Notes: a model not told the origin generated them from the letters alone. Numbered from the whole stretch's first letter, positions 37,604 to 52,387 are shown. The stretch is DNA of 62,172 nucleotides, filler included, from Bipalium vagum (GCA_037834085.1; 3 parts of 3 records of this genome joined end to end with filler, not necessarily neighbours in it), one strand, 5' to 3'. Program-made: numbers and translations.

Positions 37604-38751
37604 AAATATATTAAACATTAAATATTAATTTATTATCTACTTGATGTTTGTTTTTGTCTTATAAATTCTTGTCCAATTTTATCTTTCCTAGCATCTTTCT
37701 CTGCAATTATAAGAGATATTAAGTTAAAATACGGTGATTATTAATATCTGTATTGGGTTCTTTTTTGTAAATTTTTGTAATTGAAAAACAGAATTTTATT
37801 ATTTATTTGAAATCATTGAAATCCAACATTTATATATCCAAAATTGAAATCATTGAAAGTCAACCAACAGGAACACACTTTTTATCAGCCAGTAGTAAGT
37901 GCATTCTTACATCAACAAAATCGAATTTATTGCAATATTGTTTTCCCAAACAAGAAAATGAAGATTATTTCGATTATTTTTTGTTTTAAAATTTTCTTTA
38001 ACTGTTTTTGAAAATAAGTTAATGAAATGATTATGAAAAATAATTGTTTAGTTATTTAATTTAATAAAATTAAATAAATAAATAATTTTATATACAATTG
38101 TATAAAAGGTAAATATGAAGAATAAATAATAAAGTTTAATTAATTAGTTCTGTTAAAATATAAGATGTAAAGAAACGATTACCTATTTCTTAAGCTTAAA
38201 GGACTTATTAAATATTTAGGATTCATTAAATAAGGATAATAAAAAATTTTTTTTGAAAATCTATTGAAAAAAAGATTTTGACTAGTCAACTTGAAAAACA
38301 ACGTTTTCCGATTATACTAATTTCTATATACTTTATAAAAATATATATGTCTAATAACTCTGTTAATACTTTTTATTTTAATTGGTTAACATGAAAAACG
38401 GTGTTATTTTTCATTAATAAAAATAAATAATGATAAATTAATTCTTTATTTGATTTTTTAAATTATAAAATAATAGAAAAATCTTTTTAAACAATAATGA
38501 AATATTTTATTCATAAATAAAATCAAAAAATTCTTATCCCATTTTTCTCAATTTTATTTTTAAAAAAATACAAACTAAATTCTCAAAACAAAAGTTTTTA
38601 ATGAAAGAATTAACAGTGAAAAAAATTAAAGTATATAATAAATATAGGTAAATCTAAAATTATAAATCCTAATGGGGAAAAAATAAAGATCTAAAAAATA
38701 ATTAATGGATTAAAAGAACAATCAGATTTTAATGAAACAAAGGTCTTATGA

Positions 38752-38917
38752 ATTCCTTTATCAAGTGCAATCTTTGCAGGCTTAGGCACTGCATGAGGAG
38801 TAGCAGAAGGAGTTGCAACAGAAGTTTAAAAAGCAAAAAAATAGTGATGAGGAAGAAAAGATAGATTTAGAGAAACAGAGGTTACAAGCTATAGTTGATA
38901 AGTTACAAAGGCAGTAG
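38752..38917 (+). pseudogene. Polinton virion/core-protein-like remnant (Gly/Ala hydrophobic helix plus charged coil)
   Basis: IPLSSAIFAGLGTA*GVAEGVATEV*KAKNS..EKIDLEKQR resembles the LPL..IFAGL.A.G..AGG...V.KA.N segment recalled from Polinton ORFs; lies between pPolB and the protease. Confidence 0.5.
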
Positions 38918-39402
38918 TCTTTACTTCGATTCTTATTTTGGCAAAGAATTAAAAGATGTGATTTTAAATATTTTAGAATATAAAAATATAGATAAATCTG
39001 AAAAAAAGATTTAAAAGAATTATTTAAAAAATATGTAAAGATAAAATTAAAATTGTAAAACAAGGAGAATGAATATTTCTTGAACCTTATAAAAAGATTA
39101 ATTATTATTATCTTACTTCATAAAAATGGTAAAAATAACTGATTCTGAAAATGATGATAAGTTAATAACTGTTGAGAAAAAATTTTGTGAAAGATGTGAA
39201 GATATTCATATTGAAAACTGTGAGATCTGTGATTTAATACATTGAAAATGCAAGAGGAGAATTAAATAAATTACATGAATTTAAAATGAAAAAGAAATTT
39301 AAAGATAATAAAAATAATATTTTTCTAAATTTTATTTTCAAAAATGTCTAGATTTAAGATAAAGAAAATTAACTTAATTTTAACATTTTTTGTAAACATG
39401 AA

Positions 39403-39655
39403 ATGAATTCAACATCGAATTTTGATTTAATAGATATTGATGAAGATTTAGAAATGCATTAAAAAGTATTGATGAAAGATGAAGCTACAGAAAATAAAAT
39501 CAAATCAGAAATTACTCTTATTATTAATTATCAAAATTTAAATCAAAAAGGAATTCATTGGATAGAATATTATAAAAATATTTACTTTGATTCTTATGGC
39601 TTACCTCCTCTTGATAAATTAGAATCTTATGTTAAAGAATATAATAAAATACAAT
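39403..39655 (+). pseudogene. Adenain-like (Polinton) cysteine protease remnant
   Basis: SNFDLI..VLMKD..IINYQN..KGIHWI.YYKN.YFDSYGLPP..YN.IQ matches the N.D...G.HW...YFDS.G.PP pattern. The catalytic Cys part is lost where a Tc1-type end (ttttggaccaccctgta) follows. Confidence 0.8.
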
Positions 39656-39801
39656 GCCGTCCATATGTTTTGGACCACCCTGTAAATATTGAAATAATTG
39701 TAGATTACGAATTATATTAAAAGTTTTATGATTTTAACTATGTTAATTTAGAAATATGTTTATGTTAGCTTTAAAACTCATTAAAAAATTATTTTAAAAA
39801 A

Positions 39802-39901
39802 NNNNNNNNNNNNNNNNNNNNNNNNNNNNNNNNNNNNNNNNNNNNTTAATTAATTAANNNNNNNNNNNNNNNNNNNNNNNNNNNNNNNNNNNNNNNNNNN
39901 N
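39802..39901. other. Artificial assembly linker (N44-TTAATTAATTAA-N44)
   Basis: Identical 100-nt structure to 19500-19599. Confidence 0.97.
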
Positions 39902-41150
39902 TATCCGAATATTTAGATAATAATTTGGCACTTTTGTTATGATATTGTTAACAAAATTTCTGCATAAATACATTTTTTTTCATGATGTTTTTCTCTCGTC
40001 TATTTTTCCTGGGAATCGATTTTTTGTCATAGTTTTTTGTTATCGGATTGTGATATGGTTCGATTTTGGCACAAATTCAGTTTTTGCATTCATTCGAATT
40101 TCTCGGTTGTTGTTGATGTTGGTGTTATATTGAAAATTGAATCTTTCCCGAACTGTATCTCATCTCACTGGAACCCTTGTCTTTTTTCCTATTGGTGGTG
40201 CTGATGGTGGTGGCGGTGACGGTTTTGGTGGTGTTAATGATGGTGATGGTGTTGGTGGTCGTAGTGGTGGTTGCGGTGGCGGTTGTGATTACTTAGAGTC
40301 CAACGACGTAGTATAGAATTATCTTTGGTTATTTAGATAATTAACGATTTGAGTAACATTTTCATTAATTGTGTTTCTTGTCTCTTTCTCTCTCTCTTTC
40401 TTCCTGTCTATTGATGTGTAAAAGTCCAGAAATGTTTCATTGATTGTCTTCAAAACCATCGTTATCTCTCCCTTTTGTTTCCGTCTATTGGAAGGACACG
40501 ATCACAGTTTTTCAGCTTTTGTATATGGTCAAAATAGGTGTTTTTCATTACTAATGTTATCAAATTGACTTGGTTTTTGTGATTTGATTCCATTTTTGGC
40601 ATGGATTAAGATTTTTATCGATTTGCATTGGACACGTTAGAATGTTATGCATTTTCTGATACCCAAATGACACATATGCTGGGCAGATATTTGAGCAATT
40701 TCATGATCAGCTTGAAACCTTACGAGATGGTGGTATATTTGCGAGAATCTGTTGATAATTACTTCTGTGTCCATACCATTTTCTTTGTTTCGTTTTAAGT
40801 TTTTGGCTGTTGTACTATTACTGTTGAATGTTACGTAAGTCATTGGGAAGCGGCTAGTTGGGGCTGTTCCCGATACATATATTTGTATATATATATGTAT
40901 ATCGTTCATTGCTCGATTGGTTTTATTTATCAATTGATAACGTTCTTAAATATTGAGAGTTATAGAGAATTGTATCATTTTCATCTAAACAATCGAAATT
41001 GATTTCATTATTTCATTTTTGTTTTGATATCTGACCTCGCTATTGGTATTGCTTCTGGATTCTTAATGGTTTCATGTACAACGTGGGTTTGTTAAACTGG
41101 TTTCTGATGTTAAAGAACCCTTTGTATCGAATCAATAATGAAAAGTTGCT
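39902..41150 (-). mobile_element. Possible non-LTR retrotransposon ORF1/gag-like remnant with a Pro-rich tract
   Basis: A-rich minus strand, degenerate Cys-containing VQCK..CQKWN segment, then QPPPQPPLRPPTPSPSLTPPKPSPPPPSAPP; many stops. Family not firmly recognised. Confidence 0.35.
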
Positions 41151-44100
41151 GAAGATAAATTATTTGATGTTTTTTTTTGTAATGAAGAATTAAATAATCA
41201 TTTTCATGTCTATTTGGAATAGAAGGACAGACAAAAACTGATCTAGAAATTAAGTTTGCTTAAAATTTTTATATGATCGCTTTGTGGCTGAACTTTGAAC
41301 TAAAACCTCATTAATTCGAATTAATATTTTTTCGTGTTTTGAATATATAAATATTTTTTGTGTTTTAAATATAAATTTTTTTCGTAACGTTTCTCTTTTT
41401 GCTATTTGTTTTATATTGTTATGAAATATCCAAATGAAAAAGTTTTATGCTTAAAGATATAAACAAACAAAAAAAAACCAATTGAAAAATCGTATTTATC
41501 AACAAATGTTATTGCGAAATAGTGAGGCTTTAGTGTTGCAGGCTTTTTTATTGTTTTAATTACACGATCGCTTTAATTTTCGTGCTTTTTCTCATGTTTG
41601 TCATGTGGTTTTTATTCTGTGCTTTAATTGTCCCAATATATAAAAGTTCTTAGCCATATTCGTAATAAAAGCTTTTTGTGGTGAAGATATTAAAACGATC
41701 AATGTTTCATACCAACGCAAATTCTGTTTTCATGGAAATTTTCTGTGAAAATATTCTTTCTGATTTCTTGAGAGATATTGACAAAAAAAACTCTTCGATT
41801 TTGACTATATCATTTTCTACAAATTTTCTGTTGTCTGCTGTTCTTCAGGCTAAAACCGATCGATCTTTTACAGTAATTACAACAAGGACTGACAAGAAAT
41901 ATTCCAAACTTCCATGAAGAATTTCTCTCTTCTGATAAACGATCTTTATATTCCAGATTTTTCACAGAATCTTCACAATTTTAACTTCATTTATCATTGA
42001 CATTATTATTTTTATTTTGAAATTGAGTTCCATCTTAAAATAAATTAATTCTCTACATTTTTTACTTGAAATATCTGGTGACATTCCAGTAAAACAAGAA
42101 ATGATCTATGGTGAAATGTGATTTTCCCCCATCTTACTTTCAATTTCCACTTGAAAACGATGTGTATACGGTTAAAATATTGGTCAGCAATTAAAACAAA
42201 AAATGAAACATCTGACAAGAGTGTAGAGAAAAGGGAAATAATATTTTCGCTAAACATTTTATGAGATTTTATTATTTATTTTTTTTTTCACGAACTTATG
42301 ATTCTTTTCGTAAAATATCCCGAAAAAATTTCAAAGAATTCGATTTTACATTAAAAATTTTCCCATCAATTTACCTAAGCTGAATAATAATTTTTGCTAT
42401 TATTAAATTTTTTTCTTCCTCACAATTATTTCAGGTTCTTTGAGAATTCAAGGAAAATATTACAAAAAAATGAGTATTTTAATTGAATTTTAAAATCAGA
42501 CTTTTTATTTTGAAGTCACCATCCGTTACTGTTCATTGCTCCCGGGACAGTAATAATATATTTTATAAAATTTTTCAGAAATTATCTGTGACATCAGGTT
42601 TTTTATTAAGTAATTAACTGAAAATCTTAGTAGGGGAAAAATTTCGATAATTACTTATTGAAAATTTTTGCTGACTTTACATTAATTTTTCAAGAGATTT
42701 CTTTCGAAAAACAAGGTCGATATTATTTTACAAAAATAACATGATGATGAGTTAATTGTTGGGCGGGGGGAAAAAGAATTAAAAATAAAAAAATAAATAA
42801 ATGTAACACATTGTTCGTCAACGATATATATGTTCATTGGAAAGTCGCTTTTGTTTGCTCTGGTAAAAACCTGACGATGTTTGAAGCCCGTTTAGTAAAA
42901 GGCCTGCTAAAAATAAACTCATTGTATAGTTCCAAATTGTTGGCCGCATATCCAATAGGAAGGGATACATGGAATAAAAACATCGTTGAAATTTGCTGAA
43001 CATTGAAGCTTTGCTGATGTTGAAGATAGAAAATGTTAGTATGTCGATAAAACAAGTAAAAATAGAACATATTTTAGCTGCAATAATGCAGTGTGATTAT
43101 TATTTTGATTGACATTTTAATTATTATTTTTGAAAATAATGATTATTTAGTAAAATATTTTCTTCGTTTAGGCCAATCTAATGAAAAGCATAAAATTAAT
43201 ATCTGTGGTGTTTCATCGTTAATTTTTTGATAATTTCAGATTTGGTTTTTTTTTCAATTTGTAAAAATTTATAATAGCAGTTTTTTCATTAAAAATTTTT
43301 TTACAATAATGAAACATATTTTTTGTGTCATAAAAAAATTATTTAATAATTAATTTAATTAATAGATGTAATTTATTTTATTTTATAAAGAAATAAATTT
43401 AAATTTGTTTTTTATTTTGTTGTTTTTATTATATAATTTGTTTTAATGAATGAAGGATACTTTTTGATTATAATCAATTATAACGTCTTTCAACTCTCAA
43501 TGTTTTAATTTCAAAACTTAATCCATATTGAAAGGATTTTAGGGATACTGTTAAACAAAATATTTTTTTTACAAAAAACAAGTTGAAAAACAACGTCTCT
43601 TACACCTTTGATTTAGTAAAACTTTAGTTTTAGTTTTAATTTCGCAATTTGAGAAATAATTTTTTCAAAAAATTATTTATTTTTGTTAATATTGATTATT
43701 TTCTTTGTACAAAATCCCATTGATTTTCCAAGCTTTTTACGTTGGACCAAGAAAACCAGACGATGACCGTATTATTACTGATCTATTTCAACATATTGAT
43801 ACGAGTTGTGTTACGGGTTTTTACACGTTGAAGTTTCTCGAATTAAATTAATTTTAATTTTAATTAATTTTATTAAATACTTTTAGCTAATAATTTTGTC
43901 TGAAACGAAAACCACTGTCTGCCACGCATTTCTCCATAAATCTTCAGTCTCTAATTTCCAGATGCAAATTAATGACAGTGAGGAAAATTCATTTTTCCTG
44001 GAATGATTTTACAAAAAAACTCTATCATTAATTTAGTAGTTTAAATTTTATTTAATTATAATTTAAGTTTCCCTATTTTCCTCATATTGTTGAAAGGGAA

Positions 44101-47100
44101 ATTTTTTTTCAATTGTCACATTTTTTCGAGATATGACGAAAAGACAAGTCTAATAATATTTCATTTTCAGATTTTACCATTATATCATCATCAAAATAAT
44201 TATATGAACATATTGTCAGGAGTTAATCAACTGAAAACATAACTTCAAATTTAACTGAACTTGGCTGAAATTAGCGGAATTTCATAATAATTAAATGCCA
44301 ATATGGAATTCAGTGAAAGTACTTATACTTATTTTTCTTTGGCAATCGATTACGGTTTTCGTTTCAAACCCGTCAAACTGGTTTTTTTTCCTTCTGACAT
44401 TCGTTTTCTGATAGACAATAAAGATCAATTTGATTATTTTTCAATCAACACTGATTAGAGCTTGAAATCTCACTTGTCACACAATTCTCATGATATTAAC
44501 ATCTGTTGATCATCGTCAAAAATGAGAACAATCAATAGTTTACAGTATCGGATTGTGAACGGTTTCAGAAATTTTCACTGACGAAAGAAAGGATCAAAGA
44601 AAATTTGAGTTCAAATCCACTGATTATATTATCATTGTTTTTGGCATTAAGGTTCTAGTGATAACAGGTAGTCAAGAAAATTATATCGCTTCTTAAAGTG
44701 AAAAGAAATGTTTTTTTGTTTAAACGTATTATCAATTTCGTTTATTTGGCATCGCAACTTTTAAAGGAATAATATCAAGTAAAAATTTTATTAATTGTTC
44801 AGGTTTAAATAATTTATGCATGATTTGAAAGATGGAAACCCGATGACTCATAAAACTGCTTACATGTTTCTAATTTTGGAATTCTAAGTCCCATATCTTT
44901 GAAACAGAAACTTTTAGGGAACATAATACATTACGAAATTAGAAAAATAACAATTTTTATAAAAGCTACAATACTCATTAAATACTTTCAGGTCTTTCAT
45001 GTACAGAACTAGATAATTAGAAAATGTGAAACAGGGTTCAAAATATTGAGAAAGATGTTTATCTCAAAGAACAAGCTACACAACAAAAAATAGAATTCGG
45101 TTAGAATTTACTGGAGGTTCTAGATTTTATGTGCACTGAATAAAACATTTGATAGATAGAATTCACTGATCAGTGAACTATTTATCATAAAATTGTTATA
45201 AAAGTATTCTGGTCTTTATGTCACTTGTAGTTTTATTGTTTTAAATTAACAAACCCTGTTAAGGTTTTATTTAATATATAATAATTTTCATAAATACACA
45301 TTTTACAATATATAATCCATTTTTATAAATTCTTCAAGTTCAAGAAAGAACAATTTCAATATTCCAAAAAATCATTCTTATATTAAAAAATTAATTAATT
45401 TAATTTAATTAATAATTGATTTTCTTATTGCACTTAAGTTTCTCAAAATTTCCACAAAATTTTTAAAGAAAGTAATAAATAATAATTTTTTAAATTCATA
45501 ACATTTTTTCACATTTAAAATTTGTTCGATTATTATCCTTTTCGATAAATAAAATATTGAATAAATTTTAGACCCACAATTTCTCCTATTAAATTTTCAA
45601 GTGCTCATAAATTTCATATAAAAAATCTTTTCTATAAAAAATATTTTTTCTCCCATAGTTCAACAAAGTAAACTGCCACTGAGTATACAATGTAAAATAT
45701 AAGTCTGGCAAAAATATTGTTTCCAATTTCATTTTAAAATTAGAAGCAGAATCAACTTTATTTAGATATTTCTTACCTCATTGAAACTGATTACGAGAAA
45801 AAATATTGTTGGAAAAGAAATTAAAATCCAATTTTAAAATGAAATTTTTTCTAAACGAATACTTAAATTGCCAAAAAGATTTGTTTATTTGTCTGAATAT
45901 AGAAAATTTCTAATATTATTAGAATAGTGGATAATATTTTGTTTTAATTGATGAAAATTTTTTTAAATCGTAAATCTTTATATGTTTGATTTATATTTAT
46001 TGAATTTATATTTTATTTTTTTAAACAATCTTTTAATGAAAAAAAATTTTGAAAAAAAAATATTGATAAAAATTCTCACAATTCACTCATTCCAAAAATT
46101 TCTACATTTTTTTCTATTGAAATTATGGCAAATAATTTTGTTGAAAATTTATTTTATCTATGGTTTTTATAACAATAAAAATATTTTTTTATTTATTTCG
46201 ACAGGTTAATTCTTTTTTTTCTAATCAAAAGTTTTCCTTAAGAATGTTATCTATTATTTTCTGCTTCATTGAATTTGTTGCGAACCCTTTGCAATAATAA
46301 AATGAATACGAAATAGAAAGCATTATATTGATGAATGTCATTTAAAAATGATAAAGATTGGCATCAGAAAAATCTTAAAATAAATTCCAGTTATTTTTAG
46401 AAATTCCAATCCAACCAATGAAAGACGGTTCGTAATTCTATGAGATTCTAAAAAATACTGGATAAAACAATGGAAAGTAAAAGTTTGAAAAAATTTGAGT
46501 AGCAATTTTTTACTGAAAAAATTATCTTTCTTAAAAAATCGAAAGAGTTTGTGATTTGAATTTAAAGAACAATTGCCCACTGAGGAACATTCTTCGGCTT
46601 TCAACCATACTCCAAGTTGTACATAAACTTTCCGTTATCGAATCTGAGATATAATCTTTGGTTTTATCATCACGAGGACTTTGTTAACATGTTCATAAAA
46701 TAAATATAAATTTTGATCTATCCGGTATATGATTTGGCATTAAATCTATTCAGATTTTAATTACCCATTTTATGAAGAAAATCTTTACTGTCTGTTAACT
46801 AGAAAATATTATTATTTATGTATAAACACTTTTCAAAACATTTGCAAAACTATTTTTCAAACATCGATACCTGTAAGGATGAAATCATGATCATATGTAA
46901 AAATAAAATATAAACAAATTGTATTATAAAATTCATGTCTAAATCATCAAGACACTATCTACAAATCATCTTAGTTAAAGTCAAATTTATTGTGTTTATT
47001 GTATAATTATTTTAACAGAAATTTCAGATGAAACAAAATTAAATCATAAATATTTTATTTAAGGAAGTTTCTTAAAGTTGTTTTACTAGATAAAGACTGC

Positions 47101-50100
47101 CAGCATACAATCTGATAGCCCCAGCGATTCTGCAGCGTTTAGAACCTGTTGCAATCGGAGCGGATCATTGAGGCAGGGTTGTCGTAGATTGATGCTCTAA
47201 TATGATGAATATGAAATCTCGTTGGTATTGAGACAATATTTGTGCCGTCATAGGGTCACTGTTGATCATTATATCGATGAATAGGTCTCGATACTCTGTG
47301 TCGATTGATATGCCGGACGGGCAAGTGTGTTCAAAGGTTAACATCTCCTGCTCTTTGGAAAATCGTCAAATTCTTTTAATTTATATCATTAGTGAAAATA
47401 TTAATATCTATATTTATATTTATAACTCTAATGAGTCTTAAAATTTTAAACATTCAGGGAAAATGAAACTATGTCCATGAAAAAAGCACAAGAGGAACAA
47501 GATCAGTATTTATCAAAAAAATCTCAATTAAATTTTAAATAATGAACTTCTAACAAAACAGACAGACATCTCAGGGAAAGAATCCCTCTGGTATTCAAAT
47601 TAGCCTCAAAAACAATATATTTGAAGATAAAACTTATACAAGAAAAATAAAAATTATTGACAATAGTTTTTCCTATATTAAATTTTGCTCCTTTTCATTT
47701 AATAATATTTCAAAAATGGGCTTTGTCAAGTCGAAAATGTAAAAGTTTCATCCAATATTTCGAGAGATAAACAAGCTATTTTAATTTCCGATTTTAGAAA
47801 GAAGAAAATATTCATTAAAAAAAGTAATAATAAAAAAACATAAGAACTTTCATCGGGATTAATTAAAAATATAAATTGGCAATTGAATGGTATTCCTTTA
47901 TAAAAATTGTATTATTATTCCAAATGTTGAATCATCTTTGTTTTATTGTTAATAAATTATTTTCAAAGATTTTCTAACTTCCTTTTGTTAGGAACAATGT
48001 AGAACTATTGTAAAGAATTATATAAAGTTTTTAATTGTTTGGAATTCTATTATTAGAATACCTTGGCCTTGAATATAATAACATTCTCAAGAAAGGAAAC
48101 AGATAGGAAACATGTTTGCTATTATATTATTACTATTTCTATTATTAGTTTGACTTGAGAGAATTTCATATTAACCATTTAAGCATCTATCGGAACTGTA
48201 TTATTTAACACATAATTAAATAAACATAATAATTATAATTATGCTTGCAATTTATTTTTCTATTGGTAAAATGAATCTCATTGGCTGAAATTGGAAATTG
48301 TACATATTTTACTCATTTAAGAACGAATGGGATTGCAGCATAATACAATCATCATAAATCAAAAAATATTAAGGGAAAATTGAGATTTGTCAAATACAAT
48401 TTTGCTAAATATGATCTGCTTTCTTATATTGGTTAAGAATTTATATGATAAAATAGTAAATATTAATGCTCAGAGAAAATGGAGAACACGAAAATTTTTT
48501 AATGAAATAAATTTTCAAAAATAATTAAACATTTTGTACAATATCACTCATTAATTGTTATCTATTTAATATTTAATGTTGCGTATTAAGAAAACTAAAG
48601 AACAAAACAAGGTTAATATTTCAATATAAATAATAAAATGATCCAGTGAACAATTTTATTTGAGATAATATTTATAATAAAAACAATTATATTTTGTGCT
48701 CTATTGTGATAAATAAATATTGAATTTTATCATTTTATATCCATTTATTAATTTTTGAAAAAAATATGGATTTCTTAGAGACATTTGTTTGAATCAACAT
48801 TTAGAAAAAAATATAATTTATCAAAACTTTTAATAAAAACGAAGTCAATCAAAGTTCATCCATGACGAGGATAAGAAAATATGAATAACATCAATCAAAA
48901 ACCAACTTAACTTTTATTAATGATAAACTCTTTCAGTACAGACGCTTCATCCAATAAACCCTTTATTACCACTAAACCCTCATTCATCACGGCGATGATT
49001 TCCCACAAAGTTATTATTCTCTAAAAATCATCAACTCCCAAAATCGTTGGCGATTAATTTTATCCATTAAAATTTAATTTCGTTATGAAAAAATTCGATT
49101 TTTTGTCAACAAGTTAATTTTAATTTTAATTTCTCAATTGTAGGATATTTTCCATAATCCAAAATAATTGCTCAAAAAAAATTTATTATTTTTGTTAAAA
49201 TCGATTGCATTGAATTCCAAATCCCTTCTGGAACTGATAAAATATAATAATTTCAAAATCTGCTTACTCAAACCAATATGTATGTTTAATAATTCATTAT
49301 CTTACTTATGTCTAGCCTCGATATTTGCAAATATATTGTTATCTTGAAATTTGCGGACGATTTTTATGAACCAATCTTTTTCATTTTTAATTACATTGGA
49401 AAGCTTTTTTGGCAAAGCCTGTAAAATTGTGTGGAAAAAATAATTTTTGAAAAAAAAATTCAATTTTTTGTTTTAATAATCCAAAATAAAAATCCACGTT
49501 ATTTTTGTTTGTAAAACACACACTCAAAATCATCTGATGAATGATGTTGAATTTTCCCATAATTTTTCACAATCGTTAACAATTGTCAAATTTTATTTAT
49601 TTATTTATTTATTTTTATTATAATAATGAGAAAAAATCCAAAAAAAAACCAGAATAAAATTCACCGAAATGAAAATTGGGAAAAATCTTCAATTAATTAA
49701 ATAATTAATTGTTTAATTAATTAATCATTGGATTTTCAATGGAGGAAAATTTTTCCATTTCCAAAGATGGTTGACTGGTGATCCTTGTGGTGGATAAAAA
49801 ACGACCGTAACAAACAATTCACTATTTCGAATTCAATATTGGGAAAGCTAGGAAAAGAAATCTAGGGGACGACATGTAGTAAATGTGACGTATTATTTGA
49901 TTTTCATTTTAGAGACAACTAGCTCTCTACACGGCCAATACGATAATTTTTCTGGCTTTAAAAATGTTATTTAAAAATTTTGTATTCTTGTAATTTTGTT
50001 ATTTAAATTTCTGCGTAAGAAATTTACGATGCCAAAAAAGGTGGAAGAAATTCCAACAAATAATGATCTGCTTTCGTCTAAATTTAGAAATACATTATAC

Positions 50101-51879
50101 ATTGAATTACTTTCCGTGCAATAGTATATATGTGTATATGGAAACAGATAATAAAGCTCAATATTTCCATTTTCTTTGAACAGAATGGGGAAGTTATATT
50201 TTACCCACGTTTTGTTTTCCCATCCGCCATCAATTTCATAAGATGGAACGGAAACATGATCATTTGTCACTTTTTAATCCTTAAAAACGTGGGGGATTTT
50301 TTGTTGATATTTTATGCTTTTGGGGTTGCCCCTTATTATCTGGAATAGAATCTCGTGATTCGGGATTCTGGTATCTTGTTCAAGTTACAGTGGCAACTAA
50401 AAAACTTTCATCTTTTTGTATTATAACAGATATAATTGGCACGATGATACAATGAAAAGATAATCAGAAAAATTGTGAAAAATTAAATTAAAAAAATTCT
50501 TTTTTATTAAAATTTTTTGTTTCAATTATCATTTGAATAGAAAAATAATAATTTAAATTAATAAACGATAAATATCATATTTCCGAAATATATAATTTTG
50601 CTTTTATCTGAATTTTAGGTTGACCCAAAAAATTGCAATTTTATTCATAATTTTATAGAATTAAATAAATAAATAATATATAAATATTTCCATCTTTTAC
50701 ATTTTAGAATTCTTCAATATATTTTTGTTAATTAATTTTAAAATATAATGAAAATACAAAAAATGAATGCCAAACGTATTTCTATAAATATAAAGAAATA
50801 ATTCATTTATTTCTTTTCATTTAATATTCTTTCAGGAAATGATAATATAAGATTGGCTTTTTCAATTCATTTATGTTGAAAAATAAGGTTTCCTTGCAAA
50901 TTTTATTTAATAAGATTTGTTCATTCATTTTCTATCATATTTTACACTCGAGATTTGGCTGACTTATCAAAGAGAGAAAATAATCTCACTGGGGCCACAT
51001 CAGTGATGATACTGCAAAATGAACTTTCAAGGAATGCTTTTGTTTAAATGCTGTTTCGTATTTATTGAGATGTGAATCAAATTTATTATTATTATTATTA
51101 TTATTATTTTTAATGTTTTATTATAATAATAAATAAATGTAATCCAAATTGCTTTATTTATTGTTGAGATTAACGAGAACATATTGAGAACTTAAGAACG
51201 TTTCAGTCTCATTTTCAGTGGAATTAACTTTGTTTTAATTAATTGAAACAGTTATTGTTTGTCACATTCAGTCAGTGTTAATTAAATTAAAATAATTTTT
51301 TATAAATATATCAAACTAATCAATATCAATTAAAATCACGAAGAGAAGAGCAGTATGAAATTCAGCTTTGGACAAGAACTCAATTGACTGAAATGATTCA
51401 TTTTTAAAGTGACCCATTTGCACTTTGCACCTCTTTCACGGGGGAAAATATATTGACTAAAATCATGGAAATATTTTCATTATTTATAATTAATATTAAA
51501 AAAAGTTATAAATCTTATCAAAAAAATCTTTTGTTTAAAACTATTGGTTTCCCGTATTCTATGTCACATTTTCGGTAGCATTTTTCTAATTGATTTTAAG
51601 AAATAAAATTTTTTAATATATATATCATCATTGGTAAACGATTTAAACAATTGCCAATAATTTTCTGTCATCTGAAATCTGAGAAAAAGAATAAAACCTA
51701 ACATGCCCTAAAGCTAGAGATACTCAATTGGAAATGATAACATTGAGAATTTTTTAAGTCTTTAATTCCTATTAAGTTAAACCAAGTATTTTTCGAAAGT
51801 GTGAATTGATATATCATAAAAACTGGTTGTATTTTCTTTAGAAATATATCATTTATTTTATATTAGGAATTAAGAATCA

Positions 51880-52387
51880 GGTTAGAAATCAAAATCCCGC
51901 AGTCCATATTTTTGATTGCTGCATGGGATACGCTGAGCTTCTTTGCAGTGTCATGCGTTATTTTGTGATGATCCTCATTGATTAAGGCCCTGAATTCGTC
52001 GTTATTGACATCTAGTCGGACGCAATTTTATTGGTTATCTTTTAGGAAAAAATCACCCCTTCGAAATTTCTCAAACCAATTTAGACATTGCTGTTCCTTT
52101 AATACATTCTAGACATACACTTCAAATATCTTTTGCAAGCTTGTAATGCATTTTTTCTTTCCGATAATAGAAAAGTAAAATATGTCTCAAATGTATGTAT
52201 CGATCTTCCAAACGAAAGCTGACAAATAAAAAACGAAATAAAGCAATTAAGAAATTAGTTTCTGATTGAAACTTGTATCCATCGACACTTAATATTATTT
52301 AAACAACGATCATTATTTTTAATTACAGTTAAATTGAAGGTAAAAATCGTTATGTAAATTCTACAATTACTTTCTTGCCAAGTCAAC
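51880..52387 (-). mobile_element. mariner 5' fragment
   Basis: HLRHILLFYYRK..NALQACK..LKEQQCLNWFEKFR; TIR-like caattactttcttgccaagtcaa at the right end. Confidence 0.85.
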
